DNA of 64,000 nucleotides. It comes from Camelus ferus. Lineage: Eukaryota. Below are positions 1 to 12,630 of this stretch, one piece after another; position 1 is the stretch's first letter, and every line of letters begins with the position of its first letter. The notes beneath the pieces were generated by a model, which did no database searches, had not been told where the DNA came from, and was given only the letters and a program-made list of their open reading frames with translations. The stretch is taken from NCBI RefSeq assembly GCF_009834535.1, contig NC_045696.1, forward strand, positions 85,004,001 through 85,068,000. The letters are read 5' to 3'. The translations under genes were made by a program, and so were the position numbers.

Positions 1-1209
1 AATTCATCTGTAATTGCAGAAACTAAAGATTGGCAGACCAAATAATTGGAAGCTGCTATTCCCACATGAAGAGTCAACTTCAGCTGGCAAACATAAAATA
101 GCAACCAAACTACATAAATTTAGTTTGAAATAAGTTGCTGTTTATATGAATCAGAAATTCTGCCATGATTTTGGCAATGTTTTTTATTTAAATATTTCTC
201 CTTATAATTGTTTCTAGACTATAAATATACCATTTCTAAAACAATTTACCAGTCCTAGTACTGGAAAAGGAACCCTGAAAACAATCTATAAACTTGGGAA
301 TGAAAGTTAGATGTGATAATACACTGTGAATAAGGTCAAACAACCACCATTATATGAGAATATCTGTGACAAAATAGATAAGTTTGGTGAAATAAAAAAA
401 CTTCAGTAAATGAACAAAAATAATCTGCAGTGGTGTAAGATTTATGAGCTCTAGGAATCCCCTTTTCCTACCCCCTTATATATATTTTACAGTTACTTTT
501 GTGGGAAATTTTGACTTGGAAGAGAAACTAACCACGTCCCTGGGGTACAAGTGAACACCCTGAACTGTAACAGAAAGAAACATTTACATCCTTAATCTGG
601 TCAGCCAGTGTCAACTACAAGATTATTCTATCTTCAGATTTTCATAAGATTGTCTCATTATGCAAGCAGAATTGAGCAAATAAGAAGTAAGACCCCATAT
701 AAAATGTGTAAGCCTCAGGAATATATAATTAAATAAACCAACAGTAAATAAATTCCACTTCTTGGGTGAATGCACTAGGGACTAATAAGTTACCAATTCC
801 GAAACATGTACACAACAGAAGGTTAAATCCAGTTGCCATGCAAACCTTGTATGTTCAGGTGGTCTATTGAGATCTGACCAGAAATAGCTTTTCACTTTTG
901 AATAAAAGAACTGAAAAATAGGAACCCTGTGCAGTCAAGGCACGATCTAAGAAAATTCCCTAATGTTATATCTATTACCATATCCATCCTGAAGCAGGAT
1001 AGTTACTCATCCTACACCAGTCTGCAAAATCACCTCACTTTGGAACCAAAGGTAAGAGATATGTGAGGGAATAAAAGGAAGTAACATGCTTTTCTTTTTG
1101 TGCATTATGCACAAATAAGTCTTCCTGCTTGCTTTATGTTAAACATCTTTTAGAATTAACAACTCGATCAGAATGCTTGAAACAGTTAATACAATAGTCG
1201 AGGAAAGAA

Positions 1210-1620
1210 TATCATCTCAGGTTATGCTTAAGAAATTAGATTTTATCTTGATGGCGGTAGGGAGTCACTGAAAGTTTTAAAAGGAAAAGTGACAAGATAT
1301 GGATGGCAATGCTAGCAGCAGTGTGAAAAAAATAGAGTAATAACAAAACTTTCTGGATGAAAATCCATTACAGAAGTTAAGGAGAAATAGAAAGGGTTAG
1401 ATGAAGGCATTAATAGAGATAAAGAGTGAAACCAATAAAGATTAACATGGGGAAATGAGAAATGATCCAAAAACTTCCTGAATTAGAAAGGGTTAAGGAA
1501 GCAAGACAGCAAGTTGGTTAATTGTGGATAAGGTGTCATTAATCACGATTCATAACATAGAAGGAAACTTAGTTTGGGGAAAACAAGTCCACTTTTGGCT
1601 GCAGTGAATATATTAAAGGG
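1210..1620 (-). mobile_element. LINE-2 fragment (ancient)
   Basis: GATGGCGGTAGGGAGTCACTGAAAGTTTTAAAAGGAAAAGTGACAAGAT resembles the antisense L2 3' motif (ggcaatggggagccactgaagggttttaagcag...tgacatgat). Boundaries approximate. Confidence 0.55.
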
Positions 1621-2819
1621 AAAATAAGATTTCTTGGTAACATTCTTATCAACAACAAAAATTAGGATTTTCTTTTAAATAAAGCAACATTGAATACAAA
1701 ATTATGATCATTGCGCAGCTTCTCTAATGTTTATTGTGAGAAAAGGAATTTATTCACGGAATAATACCTATCGAATACACACTGTTTCCACTGATTTACA
1801 TCTCCACCATTATATAGTAGGCATGGTTTTACCTGATTCTATGAAATTATTGACATTCTTTGCCTTATTTACAAACCTGAAAAAATAAGTCAGTAGCTCT
1901 AAGAGATTTCTTTTGAACACAATATGAACCTTATTTCTTCTGCAAATTAAAGACTTCAATTGAAAAGAATGTTTACTCACAAATTTTGTCCTCTTAAGTA
2001 TTCCACTGAATATCACCTCATTGATCTTGTTTTAAAAAACCTTACCAATATATAATGTATAATTATTCTAACTAGTCAAGAAAAATCTCACAGTCATAAA
2101 AAGAGTGATAAAAGTAGGGAAATCAATAAAATTACTGAAAATGGAAATAAAAAATAAGAGGTTTGTGATAAATAGCCAAAACAATCTTACACATTTTGAA
2201 AATTACATGTTAGTAGCTTTTCAATCAAAGACATGTGTTAAATGTTGCTTCATTTTCTTGAAATAAAAATTTTACTATTGTATTAATATTCTTTTTAAAA
2301 TGAGAATGCACATTTACTGTATACCTCTGCATGAGAATATCACTCAACTGAAGTTTGCTCTTTAGGTTTCATGGTTACAGAACAATTCATTTGGAGTTTT
2401 GAACCACCATTTTGTAAGAACCACATTTTGGTAAATTCTACCAAATTTAAATATATGTGAATAATCACAAATTATTTGCAGTATCATATCTTCAGATTAT
2501 ATCTTTAGAACTTCAAAATCATCTCTTCTCAAGTGTGCACTGTTTTCAACATTTTTGATGTCTAATTATTTTTTTTAAAGATTTAGCACAGTCTTTGGAG
2601 ATACTATCTAAAAAGGGATTTAATATTGTTTTAAGCACTGTGGTCGCTGCTGTAAACAATAGTACACAGAGGACTAATGGTTTATACCTCCACAGATGAA
2701 TATTTTAACAAGCAAATTACGTTTTTATGAGAGGAACAAGGGTGGGAATAATATACAAAAATATGCTCAGAAAGAGCAGTGTTGAAGCTGGTACAGCAGG
2801 TGAGCTGAGACAGGAGAAA

Positions 2820-3230
2820 GAAGGAGAGGGAAGATTTAGTTTCACACAGGGGAAAAATACACAAAAACTCAGAAGTAAGTGTGAAACTGATGAATTCAAG
2901 GAGCGAAAAGAGTTCAGCCTTGCTAGGGCTTAACATGTGAGGAGAAGGGACTGAAGTATGAGAGGAGATAAATGAGGAAGAGTCAGATATTGGAAAGCCT
3001 TCTAAATAGCAAATGGGTTTGATTTTCATCATAAGGGCAATAGAAAGTCATGCAAAAATTTTAAGCAGGGGAAAATGTTTTCAAATTTGCATAGCAGGAC
3101 GGTAACTCTCACTGCAATGTGGAAGACAACTCAACAAAAATTGGAGACAGAAAGTCTTGTTCGGAGACTCTTCAGTGGACAAAAAAGAAAAGAGAGTGGA
3201 AGATGTGGTACAGAGAGAAGCAAGTAATTA
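2820..3230 (-). mobile_element. LINE-2 fragment
   Basis: AAGGGCAATAGAAAGTCATGCAAAAATTTTAAGCAGGGG...ACTGCAATGTGGAAGA matches the same antisense L2 motif. Confidence 0.55.
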
Positions 3231-3594
3231 AATCAAATAGAAATCAAAATAAGAAAAAAAAAATACATGATCCAGGATCAATAAAATAGTTTTGAGGTGT
3301 AAGACAGGGATTTTTTAAATTCTGGATCTCTGCCTATAAGGATATATTGGAACCACATCTTCCATAGAGGATAGTTTCCCATATGTTAAAACTTGCAGCA
3401 ATTAAACTGACCCTTGAGCTCTAGCCTTACCTTAGAAAGAAAGAAAAGAACATCTGTCAAGAAAACCCACCTATCCAGAACTTAAGAAGAAATAGGTAAT
3501 CTGTATAAAGTGATAGCAAGTGGAGAGATCAGTCAGCACTGAAAGTCTATTCAGATGGAAAAGCCAAGGTCTGAAAGGCTTAACTTTCTTTTGA

Positions 3595-3910
3595 AGTTCA
3601 GCATGCACCTACCCTTTGACTCAGCAATTATATTCCTATATGTTTAGCAAAGAAAAATAAATACATGTATTAACAATAAAACCTGTATAGGAATAATAAT
3701 TTATAAGTAGTAACAATGCAAACATCCATCGATAGGGGAATGCATGAACAGATTTTGATATATTCAAGGAGTAGAATACTGTTGAACAGTTATAAAAATG
3801 CCTAATACACAACCACAGTAATGGGTCTCACAGATGCTATACTCAGCACAGGAAGCCAGGCACAAAAGAGTATATGATTCTAATTTTATTAATATCTAAA
3901 ATAGCCAAAA
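3595..3910 (+). mobile_element. Old L1 (L1ME-like), ORF2 end / 3' UTR
   Basis: CTACCCTTTGACTCAGCAATT..., CATCCATCGATAGGGGAATG..., GAAGCCAGGCACAAAAGAGTATATGATTC: typical L1M 3' motifs. Confidence 0.7.
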
Positions 3911-6184
3911 CATCGTAAACATGACAAATTGTAAGTGGAAAAGTTTAGTTTTATTTACATTTGCACACTTTTGTCTTGAACAGAATTAAATAAAAAATAA
4001 TTATTTTCCCTAAAGGACAGCAAGTCAGCAAAAAACTGTAACAAAGTAAAATTATCTAAAAATTCAAGTCAAATATATAGACAGCATAATTCTCTTAGGC
4101 GATGTCTGTTTTGTATTCTTTGTAGTCCGGACTGGTCAAGACTCATTATTATAGAAATGCCAAATGCATTATTAATACATATTTCATTATCTCAAAATAA
4201 CAGACCTTATTTTACAATAAAGTAATCATATGAATCCCATTTTAAAGCTCTATTAGACTAATCCAAACACTGCAAACACTGTTTAACCAGTTCTAAAAGT
4301 GGTTGTATAAAAAGTGTACTGTTCACAGAATTGATATCATCAACATTGTTTTTAAAAATGAAATAAGTGTTCATATCTACATTTCAGAATGACTCTCCCT
4401 TGAAGGTAATTACATGTCTGAATTGTATAAGAAATACTGTATATAGATGCACAGATGTCCTATATAACAAGGACATATACTATACAGATTATGTTATGTC
4501 CCTATTCTTAAATATTTACTAAGTTTTATGGACATTACACTAGGAAGAAAAAACTTAGCTGCAAATTCTAAAGATGTGACACATATATAAGCCATGTCAT
4601 GACAAAAAGTATGATTATAATAACAAAATTACTTTGTAAGAGTATAAATTACGTGTATTTATCCCTACACTGTGCCTTAAAAAAAAAAATAGCAAACTCA
4701 GTCACTTGAAAGTCAGTGTTATTTTAAACTTTATAAATTGCCATCTTTTAATGTTACAGGAAGAATACCTCTTTATTGTTTTGCAGTATCATCCTTTATG
4801 TACAAAATTGAAAAGGCTACTAGGAAGTGAGTATGCCTCTTGAAAAGCCTTCATAAAACGCTTTTACACACTTGCATTATTAGGTCAGAAATAATGCTGT
4901 TACATGAAAGACCTTTAGCATTGAAGGGCGTAAAGATCTAATTTACATAAATCTATAGGGCACACAGAACAAGATTCTCTGGATTTGACACAGTGTTTTG
5001 AACTTCATTAGGATCATTCAGAGAAATTCAATGTCTACACATTCTAAATAAGATTAAAAAAAATACTGCTATCAGTACCAATCAGCCATTTACAGTCTTT
5101 TCAAAACAGAGTTCAATGACAGGTGGAAAATTGCCAATGAACTTTCAGCAGATCATGAACATCTGTTCATTGCCAAAGGCCTAAAAGTTAAGTAAAGAAA
5201 GAAAACTATTTCTAAATTCTCAGATAAAAATAATTTTCCAAATATTCTGTTTATTTCACAAAATATTTAAAAGACTACTGTTCAGCTTTAAGAGTTATCA
5301 GGAAAAGAGTAAGTAATTAGTTTGTCTACATAAGGTACTAAATTACAATTATAAATTTGCCCAAGTTATTCTTCCTTAAATGGAGTGAGGAATTGATTAC
5401 AGAAATCACTTCAGTAGCTTGAGAGATGCAAGTTTAAGAAGTCAAAACACTAATCCCTGTAAAATTATCAGTGTTTCTTCAGTTGACACCTCAGACCTAA
5501 CTTAGTATCTGTTTTACTTCTGCTGCTCAATTGTTCCTCTGCTGCAGGTCAGTCTTTTTAAGAGGGCTATTGGCTAGTCTACAGGACTCTTCAAATAATT
5601 TTTTGCAGGTAACAGCTGCTCTGGCAATCCAAACAGCTGTGAAAAGCCTGAACAATTGTCATCAAGCTAGGGTAATGAGAGTTTATAGCAGTGTTCTGGA
5701 GAATTACCAGCTGCGTCTTTGGGTGTCACAAGCTTCTCAAGTTTTCTGATATCTCTTCATCACCAAGCATTTTCTTACCATTGGATCTCATTTATAAGAT
5801 GCTCTTTACTATGAATTCCTCTGAATTGTAAGAGTTTTTAAAGATTGTCTCACTTAGAATTGCAAAGAGGCAGAACATTCTATATTTTTCTAGTATTCAT
5901 CCTTTCCCCAAGATAAAATCTCTGAATATTATAATCAACAAGATATTTTCAAATGCAAGTTGCTGAATAGGGGTTTGTCTCATGACAAACACACACATAC
6001 ACACACACAATAATTTTTCATCCAGTGTGCATTTCTCTTAATTGTTAACATATTCAAAGGCAGTATTAGACAGTGGTAGCTTCTTGTACATGTTTCCACT
6101 CCACAGTTACTTTTCCCTCAGTTTAAATATGGGAAACTTCATCATCTCTTGCACACAAATTTGTGTGTCTACTTTACCTATCTA

Positions 6185-6700
6185 TGTTACACTTGCAATG
6201 ACTTGAACTAAATTTTATGTGAGTTTCTTTAATGTTTGATTTCTTTTCAGAGCTCTTGGAGACCAAGTCAAGACCCAGTTGACCCATGAGCTGAATCCAG
6301 GCAGCTGAAGGTGCCCCTCCTCCTCCTCTGTCCTTGGAATGTGCGTTCAGCTTGCTTTCCCCACTCCCAAAAGCCACCCCAAGGATATAGCCTTGAAATA
6401 GAAGTGTGGTGTTGAGGACCTCTGAACTGAGTGTGTGACTGAACCCAGGTAAGGCTTCCTGTGTACATGACTGAACACAGTTAAGACGTCTGTATAAACT
6501 TTTAAGATTCTGATGGGCAGATGAGGGAGTTTACTCATCTTGTAGCTGCCCAAGACAAATATCTTAAATTCCCTTGCTTGTTAAACCTGCCACCTGCCAA
6601 TCTCATGGGGTCTGCCTTTTCTCAGTCTATCCCTGCCTTCAGATACAGCGGTGCTTCCAGATTACACTTGGTCAGCTCCCAAGTAGGTTGCAAACCAACA
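6185..6700 (+). mobile_element. Probable solo LTR (ERVL class)
   Basis: 516-bp GC-richer block with inverted termini TGTT...AACA and a TATAAA near 6493. Subfamily not determined; TSD not convincing. Confidence 0.5.
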
Positions 6701-6844
6701 AACCAATAGAAACAGCAATGTTATTATAATCAGCTTGCATTCATTTAGTGCTGACTCAGTCACAATACTAGGTCTTGTATTAGTTAGGCATTTAGATTGT
6801 ATATGTCTTGCATTGTGCTAGTAATCAGCATAAACATCACATAG

Positions 6845-7110
6845 CGTGACTTCCCAAGGTGAGAGGAGTAACTAGAGAGTCACATTGTGGTTCAATTACA
6901 GTGTCTTTGGGGCCCTGTGCAGTTGTCACAGGTAAAGACATTATAGTAATAAAACTTAATGACATAAGATACAGATCATTTTTCAACAGGAAAGGACATT
7001 CTGTTCTCTGCAGCAAAAGATGTAAAGCAGCATTTTGGGTACTCAAAGATATACGGGAATCCAGTAGATATTTGGGTATCCTATTTTGATATGCCAGGAA
7101 AACTCTCCAG
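6845..7110 (+). mobile_element. Possible degenerate PIF/Harbinger transposase fragment
   Basis: Translation GPCAVVTGKDIIVIKLNDIRYRSFFNRKGHSVL, then after a frameshift AAKDVKQHFGYSKIYGNPVD. Resembles the Harbinger DDE motif (C.GAIDGKHI.I..P....YFNRKG.HS....AVVD....F.Y..I). Recognised by eye only. Confidence 0.35.
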
Positions 7111-7669
7111 TTCCTGATATTGAACAGCATATTTAGTTAACTTCTAGAGTATCAGTGCAGAATAAAAGATTGAAAATCTATAGCCAGTGAAATGAGGAAT
7201 GTGGGAGGGTGAGACAGGAACTGATGAGCCGTGCAGCAAGAAGACTACAGTAAAATTGCCTGTGGGAGGGTGGTTGGAGTAGGGAGGGATAAAGAGTTCG
7301 TACAGGTAAAAGGGAAAACAGAATGTTGCTTCTTCACACATGAACTTCCCCTTCAAAATATTATCCTCGTTGACCTACAAAAGTATTTACTTTGTGATTT
7401 TTTTTGTGTGAAAATGATTCCACATTAACTGGAGATCTCTTTTGTACTAAGAGAATATTCAGTCTTAATGATTTTGCAGTCTGTCACTTAGTAAGTTTCT
7501 TTGTACACCAGGAAGAACTCAGAACATATATTGGGTAAGAAATATAAAGAAACACAGTGTTTGATATCACAGGAGAAGCCTATGATTTATTAAACAGATA
7601 CATAAGTTCAATAAAAAATCAATTGTTAGTGTTTGCATACAATCAAAATCTTCCATTTAGGAAAAAAGA

Positions 7670-7736
7670 TATGTGTACATATGTATGTATATAGGTATGT
7701 GTGTGTGTGTGTATATTTATGTATATATAATACACA
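7670..7736. repeat. (TA/TG)n low-complexity microsatellite
   Basis: Directly visible ATGTATGTATATAGGTATGTGTGTGTGTGTGTATAT. Confidence 0.8.
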
Positions 7737-8679
7737 TAAATCAAATTTTTAAAAGATTTAAATGAATTGAGGACATGTCCTGATTAGTGATTCAAGGTAT
7801 ATTTCATTTGTCTCTATTGTTGTAGCTTATTTTTAGATGCATTAATGTAATTGCAATATCAGGATAGCTTCAGTGCAAAAACAGTAAAATTACAGAGTTA
7901 TTCACATTATTAACATCTATCAGAGAAGATACCTTTAACTTTTTATCAGAAGTATCATCATTCCCAGGTAATAGATGAGACTGTACTTTTATTAGTTAGT
8001 TATCACAGAATGATATTCAGAAGTCTCTGTATATAAGACCTTGTGCATTTTAAAAAAGAAAAAAATAGTAATTTAAACCAGGATAGCTTCTATCTCAAAC
8101 ATTTATCATTACATCTCTCCAGTAATATCATTATCTTGCATCATTCACCAGAGAACATTATTCTACATGTTAAATTGAGTGATGCACTGAAATGACAAAG
8201 TTTTAATCTTCACTAAATTTTAAAAGACATACAGCTATATTTGGCTGGGGAAGCTGCCACTGATTCATTTATAGATTTTTTTTTCCCCAGCTGCAGTAAA
8301 GTTGCAGCCATTTCTTCTAAGCTTATCATACATTATAAAAGAATAGTGTTTCAATTAATTCAATTTCCAGTAGAAGGAGCTGGAAATAAAATTACTCGAA
8401 CAGGATGTGGGTTAGTCAGTTAAGGGGAAAAAATGACCTTTTAAAATTCAACAATAAAATATTCTTTTTAGTTAAGATAAAAGTAATCGAATAATGGCAT
8501 GTATAGTGAAATGCTATATCCATTTAGAAGCCAAAATATTGAATGTCATAAGCATGGGAGTTGGAATGCCCCAGTTCCAGTGGCAATGGTGCATTCAGAA
8601 GCAGACAAAACCTAAGCCATCTCTATATTCCTAATTGACAAAAAAAGAATGTATTTCTCTTTCCCTCTATAATTTGATT

Positions 8680-9110
8680 ACATTCACTCCACAAGTATTT
8701 ATTGAGCCCATTCATGTGTATAGTCTCTTTTCTAAACACTGAAGAATTTTCATTTTCTAAATTAGATGAAGGGCTTGCTTTTCTATATATTTAAAACCAA
8801 TTCAGAGAGACATGTTTTCATGTGGCTATGTCATAACACAAAGGAGTACCATGGAGCTAGAGAATGAGACACTGGTGTCATCCAGAGGAGGCTGGAAAAA
8901 ATAAATCAATGGACGGAAACCTTTCATTGACAGCTCTGGCTAAATGTGAACAGTCATATAAAGAGTAAAAGGATAGAAACATTACAGGATAGGCAATGAG
9001 AGAAATAATTATTTTGAGTTGGGAGTGAACATGATGTATTGGGGGTTAATAAAGACTGTTGTCTTTCTGAAGTGAAGACTGTGCCCTAGAGAACAGCGGG
9101 ACACATTCAT
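8680..9110 (-). mobile_element. LINE-2 3' fragments
   Basis: CATTCACTCCACAAGTATTTATTGAGC is the antisense L2 3' terminus; purine-rich L2-like sequence follows. Confidence 0.45.
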
Positions 9111-11382
9111 TATTTCACCTAATGATGATTCAGTATGTTGTAAGGTGGTATATACATTTTATTGGTTAAACATTATAAAAATTTTTAATGTCCAATTTAA
9201 TAAAACACTAAATAGTAAAATGATGGGCTAAGAGAGGCAGCTTCAGTTTAGCTCATAAAGCTCGAACTGCCTCCTGAAACCTTAGGTTCTGGACTGAGTT
9301 CCTTTGTTGCCAACTCAGAAGAGCATTTGGCACATCTGTAAATGAGCTGTGTTATGAGGGGGGGGAAGAGAGTGTTTTTGTTGTTGTTCTTTTTGTTTGT
9401 GTTTTGTTTTTTATCCAGTATTTCAACCATAATGATCACTTCCAATTGAAGAGCAAAAAAAATATGCTCTGGAAAGTTGAGTGACATGATGACACTTGGC
9501 AAGGGCACATTAAGAATAGAGATCTATTTATAGAAAAAGTAGATTTTTAGTATAAGCAGAAGAAAAAAAAATCTCATGGAGGAAAAAGCCTACATTATTT
9601 TTTCTCTTTATCTTTTTTATGTTCAAATGCCTCTGGTTTATCAACCATTTCTACATACAATTTGAAAGTAACTAAGTAACACCTATTGAATTAATAAAGT
9701 GAAATTATGATGGGAAGAATTTTAGTCCAATTTAAAAGTTAGGAGAATCAAACTCCTCCATTTTATAGAACAAGCTGCAGTTAATGATAAATCACATATA
9801 ACCATACACAAATATGTAATGATCAGCTGTTTTATGCTATATATAAATTTTACTATGTAACTTTTAGGTAGTGTATTTTAAATTAAAAGTAAAACTATTT
9901 TCTGAGAATTACAATAGTTAAAGTTGAAGGGGCTATTTTTAGTTTAATAAGTTAACATTAATTTCTTCAAAAACAATGAATTATGACCATCATATAATCT
10001 GACACTTTAAGCCATGCTCCTCATTACAAGAAACTTCAAGACCCGAAAAACTGAGAAATGTTTATTTCTTGTGAAATGTGTTTTATTGTATTAACTGTTA
10101 CTCAAAAATAATCACCATCAAGAATTTTCATTTTAAATTTTAGCATTATCTAAATTCTGAAAGTAAAAGCATACTTTAATGATGCCACAGTCAGAAATAC
10201 ATCGCCAAGTCTGTTCTTTAATGAATTATGCTTTATTGAAATTCACACATCTTTTCTCTGTATAATCAGTCTACTGAAATGTTGAGATAGTTATTTTTAC
10301 TGTCCTTTGAAGTTACTTTCTGTATACAATTACTCATGCAACACTAAAGAAGAACATTATCTTGGAATAAAACTCTCAAAAACAATTTTATTTTTGTTTG
10401 GATATTAGAATCTTTGCTTTCTTTTTTTTCCTTTAGAAGTTTTTCCTTTTAGACTGTAAAAGAACTAGAATTTTTTAAATTGTATGTTGATTGCATGAAC
10501 AATTTGATTCTCAAGAAATTGAAAAGCTGTAAGACTTTCCATCCAAATAAAAAAACAAATGTTTCATTAATAGTCATCTTTCTACATTTTAATAAACTAA
10601 AAGAAAATAAGAAATAAATGTAGATATTACAAATAATAGAAAATAACCTTGAAGATTCAGAAGTAATCAGATTTACAATAAATTAGATTTTTTTGATAGA
10701 AATAAAATGCATAGCTCTCTAGACATAAATAACATAAGCAAAAATTTTATTTACAGATACATGGGGTATTATTGTTTATGCAGTGATATTACAGAATTCT
10801 ACTTCACTAAAAGAAAAATAATACTTGATAATCAAGTATGCTCTGTTTTAGTTACAATGATACTTTTTCTGCAGTGGAATCAGAGATTTGGAATTCCTAC
10901 TCATAGTGCTGATATATTTATTGCTTTAGTGCTTTTTAGATGAAATTAGTTCCCAACATTTCTCTACATTTAAGAAGAAACAGTGAAATTTGAGGGAAAT
11001 TATTTTTATGTGTAACTTTGAAGTTGAAAATATATCTAGGAAATACGTTTAAAATAAAAGTTAATTTTCATAGAATTGTTTTCCTGTTCATTTCTAAGAA
11101 AACTCAGCTATTTTTTTCCTTACAATGTATCACACTGTTTTTTTACAATTCTATTTAAGCTACTCAGATTTACTGAATACACGGAAAGGTTTCTGGCAAT
11201 ATAAATTATAATATTTTTGACAAATATTGTATCATAGTCTTTATAATTTTGTATATGAAAAGTATTAGTTAATTAGTGTTAGTAATTGGTATTAGTTAGT
11301 TAAGTATAAACTTTTTTTTAAAGAACTGTATTTAGCTTTTTCCTCACTGTCCACTTTTTAAAATAGACTGGAGCATCTAGCG

Positions 11383-11500
11383 ATGTGCTATCCAATATGG
11401 TACTATGGGATAAATGTGGCTGTTTAAATTTAAATTGCAGTTAAATAAAATACAAAGTTTAATTCCTCAGTCACATTAGCCAAATTTTAGTTGCTCAGTA
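11383..11500. mobile_element. MER3/MER33-like hAT-Charlie DNA transposon fragment
   Basis: GTGCTATCCAATATGGTA...ATGTGGCTGTTTAAATTTAAATT...TTCCTCAGTCACATTAGCCA...TGCTCAGTAG matches the MER3/MER33 terminus. Confidence 0.75.
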
Positions 11501-11744
11501 GGAGGTTATAAAACATATTTCTTAGCTGCTTACTGTATTGTGTGTTTCTCTTGTTACAGTACTCATGCAACCCTATCCTCTTACTTAAATCTTACCATCA
11601 CCTCAAGGTATTTGCTCAAATATATCCGTGCTCTATCAACTCTAATCAAGCTATTAGCCCTTACCAAGATCATTGCTTGTTGTAAATCCAGGGCTTACAT
11701 TATAGCATGTTTACTCCACAATTAACCATTAACCACTTTGGAGA

Positions 11745-11937
11745 TAATACGCTAGTCCTGGAGGCAAGCTGATCTGGATTCATTCCTGGACTCAGCTATG
11801 TATATACCAGATGATCTTGATTAAATAATGCAATCTCCCTATGCTTCATCTGTGAAATTAGGACAACAGTGGCACCGAATCTAGAAAAAATGTGTATGGT
11901 CAAAATGAGGTATTCAAAAAGTGCAGAACCTATGCTT
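11745..11937 (+). mobile_element. MIR SINE
   Basis: GATCTGGATTCATTCCTGGACTC...CTTCATCTGTGAAATTAGGACAACAGT: MIR head plus core. Confidence 0.6.
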
Positions 11938-11939
11938 CT

Positions 11940-12630
11940 AGACTGTGAAGTTCACAAGAGTTCCTCAGGTTTGTTTGTTTCCTCCCCGTCTTAGGTAGGA
12001 CAGGATGGCTCAAGTGGGCTAGATAAGAGTATTTCTTTTCTCCTACATGGAAGGCTAGAGCCTACTGGAGTTGCACACTTCTGTTCCCCCAATTCAGTTA
12101 GGCTCTGATATTGCCCCAGCAAGTTAGACTCTGTGTAAGTAGTTTCTTCTGAGGGCAGGTCTCAAGAAGAACAAAATATTCTGACATATTTCAGAATGGT
12201 TTCTTTTCTCCTGCCTTCCAGAAACATGAAGGAATGTTTCTGGTGTTTTCTGTGAGAACCTGATCAAGCTCGTGGAGGTAAATCTCACAGTACTGTGAGG
12301 TCCCCACTGTGACAGGATTGCCTTGGAGTTTTTAACTCTCAGAGTTGTCTCCACTGAGCCTCCAGACATTTTTCAATTACAGTTTATATTTTCCTAGGAG
12401 AAAACTGTCTGCCTTGGTGGTTTCAGCCAGTGAGACTCTGGTCCAGGATGTAGCAGAGCATTCGCTTATCTGTGTCAACAGTCTTAGGGGATGAGGTTTG
12501 CCCTGTGCCCTCCAGTCTCTTAATAATCCAAGAAGAGTTGTTGATTTTCCAGTCAGTCAGTTCTTTACTTGTTGTTAGGATGAAGTGGCAACTTCCAAGC
12601 TCCTTATGTGCAGAACTGGAAATTATAAGT
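11940..12630 (-). mobile_element. L1MC/L1MD-type 5' region
   Basis: GGAGTTTTTAACTCTCAGAGTTGTCTCCACTGAGCCTCCAG and AGAAGAGTTGTTGATTTTCCAG...CTTGTTGTTAGGATGAAGTGGCAACTTCCAAGCTCC are characteristic antisense old-L1 5'-end motifs. Confidence 0.7.
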
